Program-made: the position numbers and the translations under genes
Assembly (NCBI GenBank): GCA_000004985.1
Contig: GG738865.1
DNA: 64,000 bases
From: Naegleria gruberi
Taxonomy: Eukaryota
Direction: 5' to 3' (one strand)
Shown here: positions 33,264-45,375 of the stretch, piece by piece
Layout: the number at the start of each line of letters is the position of its first letter
How positions within the stretch are numbered: the first letter of the stretch is position 1
Notes under the pieces: generated by a model
What the model was told of the DNA's origin: nothing
The model's input: only the letters and a program-made list of their open reading frames with translations
Database searches by the model: none

Positions 33264-34217
33264 TATGAGTTGTTTCTTTTTATTTTCTTTCTCTCTATTG
33301 TGACTGGTAATTTATCTCATATTATATTGCGTCTTTTAAGTCGCTCACCAAATTTGATAATTCAACTCCACTCTCCGCTCTGGAAAACACTTTTTTGATT
33401 GGATAAAACATTCCAGAACCATTAAATGAAACCTTGCACCAAACGGATAACATTTTTATATGGAAGTGTTACAAACAATCATATCTAGCGAGATTTATTG
33501 TTACATTTTGCAATGTAGATGTCTTTCGCTCAACTCTGATTTCTAAATGCAATATTTAATTTAAAAACTAATTGGGTTTTATTTACTCCAAAAAGATGTC
33601 TCACAAAATTTTGATTTACAAGTGGATTTCGAGATAGATTTTAGCTTTGGTCCTGAGAAATTGATTTACTAAGGTACAACTATAGCTTTGAAAAAACACT
33701 TTTCAAAGGTCTGTATCAAAGATCGTTCTCTTGTACCTTTTTGCTCAGACTTTTCTGGAGACAAGAAAACAATGTAGTTGACTGAATACCAATTTGACCT
33801 ATGAGTTGAAGTGGTCCATTGTTCCAGATAACTCTCACAAAATTCAATTATGTTTCACTTTTTGAATGTACTCAGTTGAGAAGTCTATCAACTCTACCAA
33901 TTTAATGGATTTTAATCAGGTCACGTCTAGTTAAGATTGGGCCTTTTATTTAAGCAATTTGGACCATCGAATACATGTGTGTTACTTCCCAGCAAACACT
34001 TTATTGGGATGCACACAGGTCTGTATCGAGGTTTGTCAAATAATTGCCAAATCCTCTCATCTCCCAATTACAACTGTTGCATAACTTGTTCAACCAATCA
34101 AATAATTGCTTATTTACAAATCTCTTCCATTAGAACAATACTAATCAAAACTAACTCGTCCTATTGCGTAGCACTTGTCACCACGTCTTTGTTGGAAGGA
34201 AATTTTGACAAAAAAAA

Positions 34218-36179
34218 ATGTTCAAACAATTCCCAGCAGATGTACTTCCCCATCTGTTTAGTTTTTTCTCTCTGAGAGAAATCTATTATAATCTCCAATT
34301 TGTTAGCAAGGAATGGCTAGAAATTGCCAACGTACCTAATGAATATAACAAAGTACGAAGAAGAAACAATGTTGGTGGAGGAGACAATAGTGATAATGGT
34401 TATCATCAGTCGTGGTCAATTTATTTGGTTTCGTCATTCAGAAGTGGAAAGCAATTTAAAGAAATTAATCGAATGATGAGTGATTTGGAGAGCGATGCTT
34501 CTGATGAGGAAATTTCAAGGGCCATGTGGGATGATCAACATACACAATTGATCTTTTCATGTATTGAAGGAAAGATGGTGCATGGCTTGCATGCTGGTAA
34601 TCCACTTGTTAAAAAGGATGGTATTGGTGAAATGATCAAATCAATGCAATTCCTCTATGGAGTTCATTATGATAAGGAGCTTGTTAAGAGAATTGTTTCA
34701 GATAGTAACTCAATCAAGTCATGTCTCTATGTAGAGAATGAAGAATTTGCTAAAAACTTTCAAGAAAGAGTGGTTGAAAATGGTAGCGGTTTAAGTGATC
34801 TGAAGGAAAAGTTCTATTTTATGGATTTGTGTTATTTGGACTCCTCTTTGAAAAATGTTAGTGATGAGGTATTCATTTACAAAATATTTGAGAGGGTGTT
34901 TTCTTTGGATTTAGATAACGATTGGTCCAATGTATTTCCCTGTATTCGAAAATGCAAATTATTGAAACAGAAACTAGAAAAATGTAATGGAGAAACTATT
35001 AGAAAAATGTTTCAAATTGAAATGGAGATTGCCTTGAAAATGTTACTCAATATTCTCAAGTGGGGTTACCATCTATCTGATTTGAACTTTCTATACTCCT
35101 TTGCAAGTTATTGTAAATTCACACAAAGCCAATCTGAAGAGATAGTGAAATTGTCTGATTCTCTTATTAATGAAATTAATAGAGTTGTATTGATTGAAGA
35201 AGTGGTACTCACTCCAATCATTGAAGATGACTACATCTCCACCAGCATATTGGATCAGTTCAAGAATAACAAACTTATTGAAATGGTCAACCAAAATAAT
35301 GCACATCCACTCGAAGAAATCGAATATAGAAATCTCTATACTAACACATCTTGCTTTTTAAAATTTCTTCATAGAAAATTTTCAATAGGAGAAATGTTTA
35401 GAACAACAATTAACAAAAGAAAAAAGCTACTAGATGCAGAGAATAGATTGAATGGATATTTCGTTTTTTGCATTGTCAACCAGAGAGACATGGAAAAGAG
35501 AGCAAAATTTTTGGAAAAGATTGAACAGGCATTTATTTATGCAACTGAGCTGAGGGATTTCAGAACTGCTTTCTTTTTCTCGACTCTATTGAATAATGCT
35601 TGTGTTTATAGATTACGTAAAACTCGTGAACACGTGGATAGATCAAGTAATTTCAAAAATCTGTTCGAGGAGAGCCAGAAAACAATTTCTTCAGACGGAA
35701 ATTATAGAAAATTATACCAAACTGTTGAAAAATATGCCAAAGAAGCCAATATTCCAATGTAAGTTTGTAATTTCTGGTTAATTCGATTCAACTCATTATG
35801 GTATATTGATAGCCATCTTCCATTGACAAATTTAACGTTTGTTATTGAAGGAAACTCAAATCAAATTACTATTCTCTTTTTGAGTTACAGATTTATAGCA
35901 CAATTTGGAAGATCATTGAGGATACCATCTAAACTTGGTAACTATGAGAGGAATTTATTCGATAAGAAAACTATTAAAATTATTGACAAGAAGGGAGTTA
36001 AGCATTCAATCAAATCATTTTTTGAAGGAGATGATGATACTTCACACATGCATTATGAACTACAAGCTGATCAACAAGTGTTGGAACTTTTTGTTTTCAT
36101 TGCATTTAATTTCCAACTAAAAGAAGATTCAGAGTTGTACAAAATGAGTTTAGAATGTGAACCAAGACAAGCCAAATAA
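34218..36179 (+). CDS. F-box plus RasGEF (Cdc25-homology) domain protein. join(34218..35758, 35891..36179).
   Basis: N-terminal F-box-like FPADVLPHLFSFFSLREIYYNLQFVSKEWLEIA. RasGEF catalytic-domain blocks (RAKFLEKIEQAFIYATELRDFRTAFFFSTLLNNACVYRLRKTREHV...NYRKLYQTV...NIP). A 132-nt intron (GTAAGT at 35759, acceptor TTACAG at 35890, phase 2) links to the canonical RasGEF C-terminus ...ELYKMSLECEPRQAK. Confidence 0.75.
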
Positions 36180-36242
36180 TAATATAACTTATTCTTGAAT
36201 TTTTGAAAATAATGATTTTAATATAATTGCTAAAGAAAGATT

Positions 36243-36989
36243 TCATCTCAATAAGTCGAATATTTTCTGTATGGATCCAGAATCAAGATAAATAATTGAA
36301 TTGGATCTTCTGATTCTAACTTCATTGGGTGCGAGTGAGCATTCAGATTGTTTACAAATTGACAAGTAGACATTCTTATCTTTTGGAACAATATTATCAT
36401 TCCTCAAACTCAAATCTCCATTCACAACAAAGATATCTGCCTGTGAATTTTGAACTAATTCAAATCTTGCCTTCAGGTAGGTATTTCTTGTCAGTTGCTG
36501 AATGATGGCTGATTTCATTTCATCTTTGAAATCATCTCCAATGAAGAATTTGATTCTTCTTCTTGTTACAAATCTCCAAATAAAGAAACATCCAACAGCA
36601 GCAGTACACAAGAGCACACTCTTTCCAAGAGTGAAATGAGTCTTGAGAATTGAAAGGAGACCAACTGGCGAAAATTGTGTCAAATTGTCAGATGTTGGTT
36701 TCATTGGTATTTCTGAAATTACTGAAATTTCAGGATTTGATTGGACTATTTCCGGTTTTGCGTTTAGAATTTTCTGAATTCTTTCTCCCAAGTTGGCAAC
36801 AACAGTTTTCAAGCTATTGGTTGACTTCTCCACATTGTCAAGTTTTTCCATTAATGTCTCAAGTTGTTCATCAGGGATTGAAACTGTACTTGAGTTTAGT
36901 TGAGGTTTACTTTTGTTGTTGGAGAAGAAAGAGCCGAGAAATGCACCCACTGTAGAAGTAAGCAGTATACCAACAAGCCGTTGATTCAT
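36243..36989 (-). CDS. Hypothetical two-TM protein (248 aa).
   Basis: ATG ORF. N-terminal hydrophobic anchor and a mid-protein TM (VLLCTAAVGCFFIWRFV). No homology recognised. Confidence 0.45.
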   Translation of the reverse strand: MNQRLVGILLTSTVGAFLGSFFSNNKSKPQLNSSTVSIPDEQLETLMEKLDNVEKSTNSLKTVVANLGERIQKILNAKPEIVQSNPEISVISEIPMKPTSDNLTQFSPVGLLSILKTHFTLGKSVLLCTAAVGCFFIWRFVTRRRIKFFIGDDFKDEMKSAIIQQLTRNTYLKARFELVQNSQADIFVVNGDLSLRNDNIVPKDKNVYLSICKQSECSLAPNEVRIRRSNSIIYLDSGSIQKIFDLLR

Positions 36990-37057
36990 TTTTTAATTAT
37001 GTGAATACAGATATATTACATCACGTTTAAGATTTATTAATTGTAGAGTTTAATAAA

Positions 37058-37070
37058 ACGTGACATCACG
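37058..37070. promoter_or_regulatory. Palindromic element ACGTGA-CA-TCACG in a divergent promoter.
   Basis: Inverted repeat CGTGA/TCACG with a 2-nt spacer, located in the 254-bp spacer between the divergent genes 36243..36989(-) and 37244/37651(+). Confidence 0.4.
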
Positions 37071-37158
37071 GTTCGAGAATTTTTACATTTTGATTAAATT
37101 GTAAACTGCTACAACTGCCTTGGAGCCCATTGTAGGGTATTGTCATTGTAAACTGAAA

Positions 37159-37172
37159 ACGTGAAATCACGT
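37159..37172. promoter_or_regulatory. Second palindromic element ACGTGA-AA-TCACGT in the same divergent promoter.
   Basis: Perfect inverted repeat ACGTGA/TCACGT with a 2-nt spacer. A related half-site ACATCACGT is at 37018..37026. Three ATTGTAAAC motifs also lie at about 37098, 37146 and 37172. Confidence 0.4.
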
Positions 37173-37650
37173 ATTGTAAACAGCTATTTAAAGAATCAGA
37201 ATGATTTGATAATTCAGTAATATTCAACAAAAAAAACAACAAAATGTTCAATATTCCAAATAATATTACTGATATTCGTTCTTTGTTTACCTATGCAATC
37301 GGAACACTTTCTATTGGCTCCATTGTCGCAGCTGCATCCCTTTCTTACAAACACTTTTTTACATGGTCCTTGAATAAGCAAGACAAAAATCCAAATGTTT
37401 GTGTGTTGAGGCTTGCTGGTTTAACTCCAAGAAAGCTGGAGATTGTGGACAGAGAAACACAAGTAACCTTGTATATTGCAAATGAAACCAAGGAGATTAG
37501 AATAGTGGACAATTTTAAGGGCTCTCTCTTTTTCAAAGTGTATGGTAAATCTGACATTCCATATATTCATATATTACCAATTCGGTCTATGTCAATACTA
37601 GAGATAGACTTGGTGTTTCTGATAGTTTACTTGAAAAGATTGATGCCAAA

Positions 37651-38412
37651 ATGGAAAAATTGCAATATTTCTCTATTTTATTCACTGGAGGAAAAGGTTG
37701 TGGAAAGAGTATGATGATTGTTTGCTTTATTATGTTCTTCATTGAAATGGGATATGAACTTAAAGTTTCTGAACACAGATCACCAAAGGAGGCATTTGTT
37801 ACAGCAGGAACTGATGATCATGTCACAACAAAATTTCAAGTTGCCAGATTGGAGAAGAAGATCAATAACAAAACTATTGTATTAGAATTGATTGACTCTC
37901 CAGGAATTGAAAAGAGTTACAAGGGTCAACCTTGGTATGGAGACATGAAGGAAACATTCAAGAAAATAATGGATGGTCAAGTGAGAGCCAACTCTTGTGT
38001 TTTCGAAGAAAGAAGGCATACTCTCAATTCAACTAATCCAGATGAAAACATTCCAAAACCAATGTTAGCACTTGTTTGTTCAAACCAAGCATCAGTTGAA
38101 TCTGGAAATGCCAACGATCCATTATTGAACGTCCTGACGAAACAATTACAAAAGAGGGCCTTCTCTGTTTCTACCAAAATTGACCAATCTATGGAAAAGG
38201 ATGATAAGAAAACAACAGTGTTAAAGTTCAATAATGGAAAATTTGAAGAAGTTTTGAATGATATTCGTTGTGTTGGTGATCAGAATGATTTACAATTCTT
38301 TTCACTTACAAAAGAAACCTATTTCAAATTTAAAGATTGTGATGATATTATCAAGTTGCACACTGCCAGATTCATTCACAGTATTCTTGATATGTATAAC
38401 AAAAATTGCTAA
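37651..38412 (+). CDS. AIG1/Toc34-like (paraseptin-type) P-loop GTPase. The 5' structure is uncertain; there may be an upstream exon within 37244..37590.
   Basis: G1 ILFTGGKGCGKS (compare Toc34 ILVMGKGGVGKS), G3 LIDSPGI, G4 STKIDQ. ORF 37244..37714 overlaps the 5' end in another frame and has an A-rich ATG and TM anchor. No consensus donor was found to join it. Confidence 0.55.
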   Translation: MEKLQYFSILFTGGKGCGKSMMIVCFIMFFIEMGYELKVSEHRSPKEAFVTAGTDDHVTTKFQVARLEKKINNKTIVLELIDSPGIEKSYKGQPWYGDMKETFKKIMDGQVRANSCVFEERRHTLNSTNPDENIPKPMLALVCSNQASVESGNANDPLLNVLTKQLQKRAFSVSTKIDQSMEKDDKKTTVLKFNNGKFEEVLNDIRCVGDQNDLQFFSLTKETYFKFKDCDDIIKLHTARFIHSILDMYNKNC

Positions 38413-38554
38413 ATGGGATTCCTTTTTTCAATTTTTAAATATTTTGTAAATTATTTTAAAATTTATTAAACATTTATTGTATTTGTTAAATTTTTGGCGC
38501 CAAAAGTGTTTGAGGTTGTATTACAGTTTTTTAAAAAAAATTAAGAAGAAAAAA

Positions 38555-40092
<1,538 letters not shown>

Positions 40093-40396
40093 AAACATCA
40101 TGTTTAAAAATCTTTACAAAAATGTCCAAGCACTTCTTAACAAGTTGATTCATTACTCTTATCAAGTACTCCACTCCAGTAATTCCTTAATTGTCGGCCA
40201 GCTTAGAGGTTCATTTTCAGTGTGTAGATAACCTCCTTTAGATCTGCAGTAGATCTTTGCTCAATAAGGGCATCAGAAATGAGAGAATAAGGAATAAGGA
40301 TGGACTCCTTTATGGACAATTACGAAAAGATCATCTTTGGTTATTTCACATTGTTAATGTGTTGTTATATGAAATTGTGACAAAATTGTTTTTTAT

Positions 40397-41152
40397 TCAA
40401 GCAATAAGCCCTTGACTTTGCTTCCACTTTTGACCGTGAGAAGCTACTTGTGTTCTTGATCGTGTCTTGACATACTTTTCAGCAATGAGTTTCCAATTGT
40501 TACCACATGCCTCAAGACCTTCGAGGAAACGTTGATGTTCTTCCTCTGTCCACCATCCCTTATGACTACCATTCTTATTCTTGGCAGACAAATCACCCTT
40601 CACACTCGACTTGAGTCTCAGCTTACCAATCTTTTGTTTCGAGTAATTGTTAGCAATGTCAACTTCTTCATCGTCACCTTCAGATTCTTCACTTGGTGTC
40701 GTGGTATTTTGTTTGTTTCCTCTCTTAATACATGCAGAAGCAACCTTCTTGAGCACTTCAACATTTGGACATGTTGTTGATGAGACACTGGCAGTTGTTG
40801 TCGTTATGGTTGGATTCTTCTTCTGGAGCTCTTCCTTACTACTACTTGTCATTGTGGTTTCACTACTAGAAACACCACTCGAATGATGATCGTTGAATTG
40901 ACTAGGGGATGATGAATTACTACTTTTCACATCTGTGCCAATAATTGAGACATTGGAAGAATGGGAAAATCCAGATTCATCCATCAATACATTACTATTT
41001 GGAACGTTTCTAACTGGGCTCAATACAGGTGGTGCTGTAGTTGTAGTGGCTGTAATTGTTTTACAGGCAATTGGCACTGCACATGTCACTATCTGCTGAC
41101 TTGTGGCATGATTAAAAGCAACAATTCTTCCAGTAGTTGGGGAGGTATTCAA
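40397..41152 (-). CDS. SHAQKYF-class Myb-like DNA-binding protein (Myb domain at the extreme C-terminus).
   Basis: C-terminal WTEEEHQRFLEGLEACGNNWKLIAEKYVKTRSRTQVASHGQKWK (SHAQKYF variant). Upstream is an S/T-rich low-complexity region. The N-terminal continuation is interrupted by an in-frame TAA (see next feature). Confidence 0.6.
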   Translation of the reverse strand: MNTSPTTGRIVAFNHATSQQIVTCAVPIACKTITATTTTAPPVLSPVRNVPNSNVLMDESGFSHSSNVSIIGTDVKSSNSSSPSQFNDHHSSGVSSSETTMTSSSKEELQKKNPTITTTTASVSSTTCPNVEVLKKVASACIKRGNKQNTTTPSEESEGDDEEVDIANNYSKQKIGKLRLKSSVKGDLSAKNKNGSHKGWWTEEEHQRFLEGLEACGNNWKLIAEKYVKTRSRTQVASHGQKWKQSQGLIA

Positions 41153-41161
41153 AAGTGGGTG

Positions 41162-41776
41162 TTAAAGTGGTGTTAAAGTTGGTGGTGGACTATTCACATG
41201 ATCCACTACTTTAGAGTTGGTTGTAAAATAATTTGGCTTGTTTACAGTACCTTCCCAAATGGAGTTTTCTCGATATAGTTGTTGAGGTGCTTGATGGGTT
41301 GGATAAACGGAGAATAACGAGGAGTAACGATTGCCAACAACGACATGATGACTCGTAGACGATGATGCAACAACAGGCATTATTGATTGGCTTGTGGTGG
41401 TGGAGTGAGAAAGGGATGGGAGTTGTTGTGGATGATGTTGCATCATCTGTGGTGGTTGTGTTGAAGAATAATTATTATTACATGATGAGGATTGACTGGT
41501 AGTAGGAATGGCTGTACAGGAAATGGTATTAGAGAAGGCATGTGTTGGTCTGGTTAACAAATTAGGATAGTTTGGTGTTGTTGTGGTTGCAGGATATATA
41601 TCTGAAAAGAGTGAAGAAATGGAAGGTAATTGAATAGTGGCAGAACTATTAGTACTGCTGCCACTGTCTTTTGTCAAATGATTCATTGGCTGAATGTATT
41701 GTTGTTGTTGTTGGCTTGCACTCATGAGTGGATTGGTGGTCATAGTATTCATTCTTGTCATGTTATCTGCCATCAT
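41162..41776 (-). CDS. Q/S/T-rich low-complexity ORF. Probably the N-terminal portion of the Myb gene, or a separate low-complexity gene. It is separated from the Myb ORF by a single in-frame TAA.
   Basis: This ORF is in the same frame as 40397..41152 ((41162-40397) is divisible by 3). A TAA stop at 41162..41164 is followed three codons later by the downstream ORF. No GT..AG intron candidate spans the stop. Confidence 0.35.
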   Translation of the reverse strand: MMADNMTRMNTMTTNPLMSASQQQQQYIQPMNHLTKDSGSSTNSSATIQLPSISSLFSDIYPATTTTPNYPNLLTRPTHAFSNTISCTAIPTTSQSSSCNNNYSSTQPPQMMQHHPQQLPSLSHSTTTSQSIMPVVASSSTSHHVVVGNRYSSLFSVYPTHQAPQQLYRENSIWEGTVNKPNYFTTNSKVVDHVNSPPPTLTPL

Positions 41777-43314
41777 GATGATTTAATTCGTATGTTCGGT
41801 ATTATCTTTGAAATAATGATATTGCTGCTGCTATTGTGTCAGAGTAACAAAATAGATCGAATATCGAACCTAGTTGTGTGTGTTGTTTTTTTTGTTGTGT
41901 TGCTGAAGATTTAAATGCTTAGTAATCTTGTGTGTGGTTAGCTGTTTGGCGATTTTGGTGCGTTGTTCTTTTGTTGTTCTTTTGACGCAACGCAAAATTG
42001 CTGTCGATTTTTGCATTTTTCACTTTTTGCTTGGAAGAGAATTGTGATAGCTCTTGGTTGGCCATGAGTGAAATGAAAACGCGAGTATTTTGGAGTTTTT
42101 CTGGCCAATCAGAAAAGAGACAGATGATGAGAGGAACTAGCATCGCAACCAAAACATACTTGAGAATGTGATTGAATTGGTCACTAATAAGCATGTTTAA
42201 TTATCCATAGTTTCCATTTGCTGTGGTGACACTACCATGTCACTCAAAGATCTAATATCAGCAAATGGAATGCATCATGTTGCATTGATACATCCTCTTC
42301 TTGAATAAAATCTATCACTATTTCTGTACTGTATAAGAAGATCAATGTCAATGTGAAATAGAGGTTCCCAAAATCAAGTCACACCATCAGTGTCTTTAAG
42401 GAGTTGTGAAATTACAGTGTTTCACACAACACCAACCCACTGAAAAGCATGGTATTACAATTTTCGATAGATAGCTCTATTTTGGGTTGGTACACAAAGC
42501 TTAATCCTTATTGTTGTTTTTACCGTTGATTCTGGGTTGAAAACAGCAAAAATCGCGAATTCCTTCCTAATCGGTAAGTGGATTGTTGAATCTTGCCCTT
42601 GACTACAGTGAATTATTATCTTGGCTATCTTGTAAATATCAACAGCCCATTCCCAACGTCACTGTATCTAACAGACCAGTGAGAATTGGCTCTTTCTGGA
42701 TAATGGTCCAGTAATCAAATCTATTGAGGATGGTCCGTAAATTCCAACAACCATACGGTTGTATCAATGATTTGTGAACAAACAATCTAAGGTTCATATT
42801 GAGTAAAATCACTACAGTCCTATCTGAAATCTTTCTAAATGCAGACTGATATCGTTAATACAATTAATACAATGCAATTTCAAGGGCTCAAGGGTGGTAC
42901 CTCATTGCAGATAAGTGGTTGTGAGGATTACTCAACGAGCACACACACCCTTACTCACTTAGTACTCACTTCATTCAACAATTTGATCATTGTGTTTGTT
43001 GAGCTGATGATAATCTAGTATCCTCTTTTTACGTAATTATTGAAACATAGTTATTCCAACTAAATATTCCACTATTACATTAATAATATTACTCAATATT
43101 ACACCTTACTAGAGGTTTTAACAATGTGAGGTTGGTTAAAAACTGTAAATTACACATGTTAAAAAAACCTAAAATAGATTGATTATCATCACTAGAACGT
43201 ACTGTTAGGAAAATTCGAGATAGTAACCTCTCATTATTGCAAAGTGAATGTTGAATTACCAACGTAACTATAATCAACTATAATAACCATAATTACATGT
43301 TACTATTATTATAA

Positions 43315-44826
43315 TCAGAGTTGATATTCGGAAAATTCAAAACTGAATGGCTCCTTTTCAACAATCATTGAGCCAATTTCATCATTGTCAAGTAATGATT
43401 CGTAACATACTGAAAGACAACAAATACTCTTCAATTTATCCTTAGCACTGTTGAAAAAGATGGATGTGTAATAATTCTTGAAATTTTTCCTCTCGTTTGA
43501 TTTCTTCCACAACCTGACCTTCTTTAATACATGTCTCTCAATGGTATTCTCAATGAGGAGAGGAGATCCCACCATGAGGGAGTGGGAACTAGATGACACA
43601 CATCCATTGTATAAATAGTACAGTACTCTCATGGTGTGAATCAATATGAAATCAATGCTCAATAGATTATACTTGTCCAATTCATAAATCCACCTCGAAA
43701 CGATATGATTCAATACTTTAAAGTTTTTCTTTGGAGTTGGCTCGAGAGGTTGAGGGATTTCAAAATAGTTTGTATTCGATTGTTTGATAAATTTGGGTTG
43801 AATCCACATTGGTTTGAATCTGCCTTCAAATGTTGATATTAAAGACTTGGTTGCTCGTTTCATTCTAATCTTTTTCCAAATATCTGTTATGATTTCTTCC
43901 TCATTGCCACTACTGCCATTACTTCCACTTGATTCTTCTTCATCTTCGCTATCTTGTCTATTTGTATCAATTGTCTTCTTTTTGGCATTTGATAAAAAAT
44001 TCCAATCTTTTCTTTGGTCAACTGGAGAAGAATCAGTACTATTGGGAAAATTTAGTGTTTTTCTTCCTTTTTGAAAAGTTTCTGAATGGATAATCGTCCA
44101 ACAATTATCCTTTCGCTTTGACAATAGTATTGAATCCATTTTCAGTTCGACATCATTCATTGAAAAGAACCAATTTGACATGGTAATTTCACTCCAATCA
44201 CAACAAACTCCCTTCTTTAGTGCACTTCTAAAATCAATTTGTAAAAATTGAGGAATTGGGGCTGAAAATTGGGTTCTTTTCAATCCTCTTATCCAATTAG
44301 GTTCCGTAAAAAAAGACTTTTTATCCACCAACAAGGAACACTTATTAATTGAAAATAGGTAATTTGAAATCATGAGAGTGGCCTGTCTCCTCGTTCTCAG
44401 TTTTGTTTGACTTTTCAAATAAATTTCCAATTGTCTTTGTAAATTTAATTTAAATTCCTCCCTCAATTTAATATCCTCCAATGAGAGGGAATAATTCGGA
44501 TCATCATGAAATCTTTCATTTTGCTCACGATAATTAATTGATTTGTTATAGATAAACACCTGATTGGTGGGCACTAATTCCGAAATATAATTCCAAATAT
44601 TATCAGATAGATAGGGCCACAGAGAGTGAATATCATCCCTATTGATTTTATCATACCATTTATGACAGACAAGACTTGATTGAATTAAAATGGATGGTAG
44701 TGGTAGATAACTCAAAATACTATTGAATAATTCATCAATTTCAAATAAATGGTGCCAAAAGTTTTCCGAAAGGGTCAATTTTGTGGATAAACTTTTTGTC
44801 AAGTTTTTCATTTTTTTTAATTTCAA
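43315..44826 (-). CDS. F-box domain protein (503 aa).
   Basis: N-terminal F-box LFEIDELFNSILSYLPLPSILIQSSLVCHKWYDKIN. Acidic/Ser-rich internal tract. No other domain recognised. Confidence 0.55.
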   Translation of the reverse strand: MKLKKMKNLTKSLSTKLTLSENFWHHLFEIDELFNSILSYLPLPSILIQSSLVCHKWYDKINRDDIHSLWPYLSDNIWNYISELVPTNQVFIYNKSINYREQNERFHDDPNYSLSLEDIKLREEFKLNLQRQLEIYLKSQTKLRTRRQATLMISNYLFSINKCSLLVDKKSFFTEPNWIRGLKRTQFSAPIPQFLQIDFRSALKKGVCCDWSEITMSNWFFSMNDVELKMDSILLSKRKDNCWTIIHSETFQKGRKTLNFPNSTDSSPVDQRKDWNFLSNAKKKTIDTNRQDSEDEEESSGSNGSSGNEEEIITDIWKKIRMKRATKSLISTFEGRFKPMWIQPKFIKQSNTNYFEIPQPLEPTPKKNFKVLNHIVSRWIYELDKYNLLSIDFILIHTMRVLYYLYNGCVSSSSHSLMVGSPLLIENTIERHVLKKVRLWKKSNERKNFKNYYTSIFFNSAKDKLKSICCLSVCYESLLDNDEIGSMIVEKEPFSFEFSEYQL

Positions 44827-45011
44827 AATTAAAATTGAAAATCAAATATGAAATGTCAATGTTTTAGAAAGGCATAGCATGCTAGTGTCAAAAATAAACC
44901 AGAGTTAGAAATCTGTACGCTGGCTGGGTCAAAAATAGCATTTTTCTATAGTAAAGTTAATTAGGTAGCAATGTTATTTGACATAAATAGTTTTTGAATA
45001 ATAAACAAGAA

Positions 45012-45083
45012 TCCCGTGTGGTCCAATGGCTAAGATACCTGGCTCTCACCCAGGAGATCCGGGTTCAATTCCCGGCACGGGAG
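45012..45083 (+). tRNA. tRNA-Glu (anticodon CUC).
   Basis: Cloverleaf: acceptor TCCCGTG/CACGGGA+G, anticodon stem CCTGG/CCAGG with loop CTCTCAC (anticodon CTC), T-arm CCGGG-TTCAATT-CCCGG. Closely resembles eukaryotic tRNA-Glu. T5 run follows at 45090..45094. Confidence 0.9.
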
Positions 45084-45089
45084 GATTCA

Positions 45090-45094
45090 TTTTT
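45090..45094 (+). terminator. RNA polymerase III terminator T-run downstream of tRNA-Glu.
   Basis: TTTTT seven nt after the tRNA 3' end. Confidence 0.6.
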
Positions 45095-45375
45095 GCTGGC
45101 CTTCGTTTTTCATTCTCATGCTGCTTTTGCATTATCAATACTGCAATAATATAAATAAAGTCTTTTTTCAAATCATTTTGCAACTACTAGTACTAGTAAG
45201 TTAAATTAGTACTACGCACAAATATTCCAAAATCAAGTCATCTTGACTCATATCAAATATTTCAAATAGTAACAAAAACCGAAATTCATAGACCACATCA
45301 ATTTTCGCTTCCTCCACAAGTAGCACTTTCCACAAGTTCTCAATTATGTTGGGTCAGTCATCATCTTTAAAAAAA

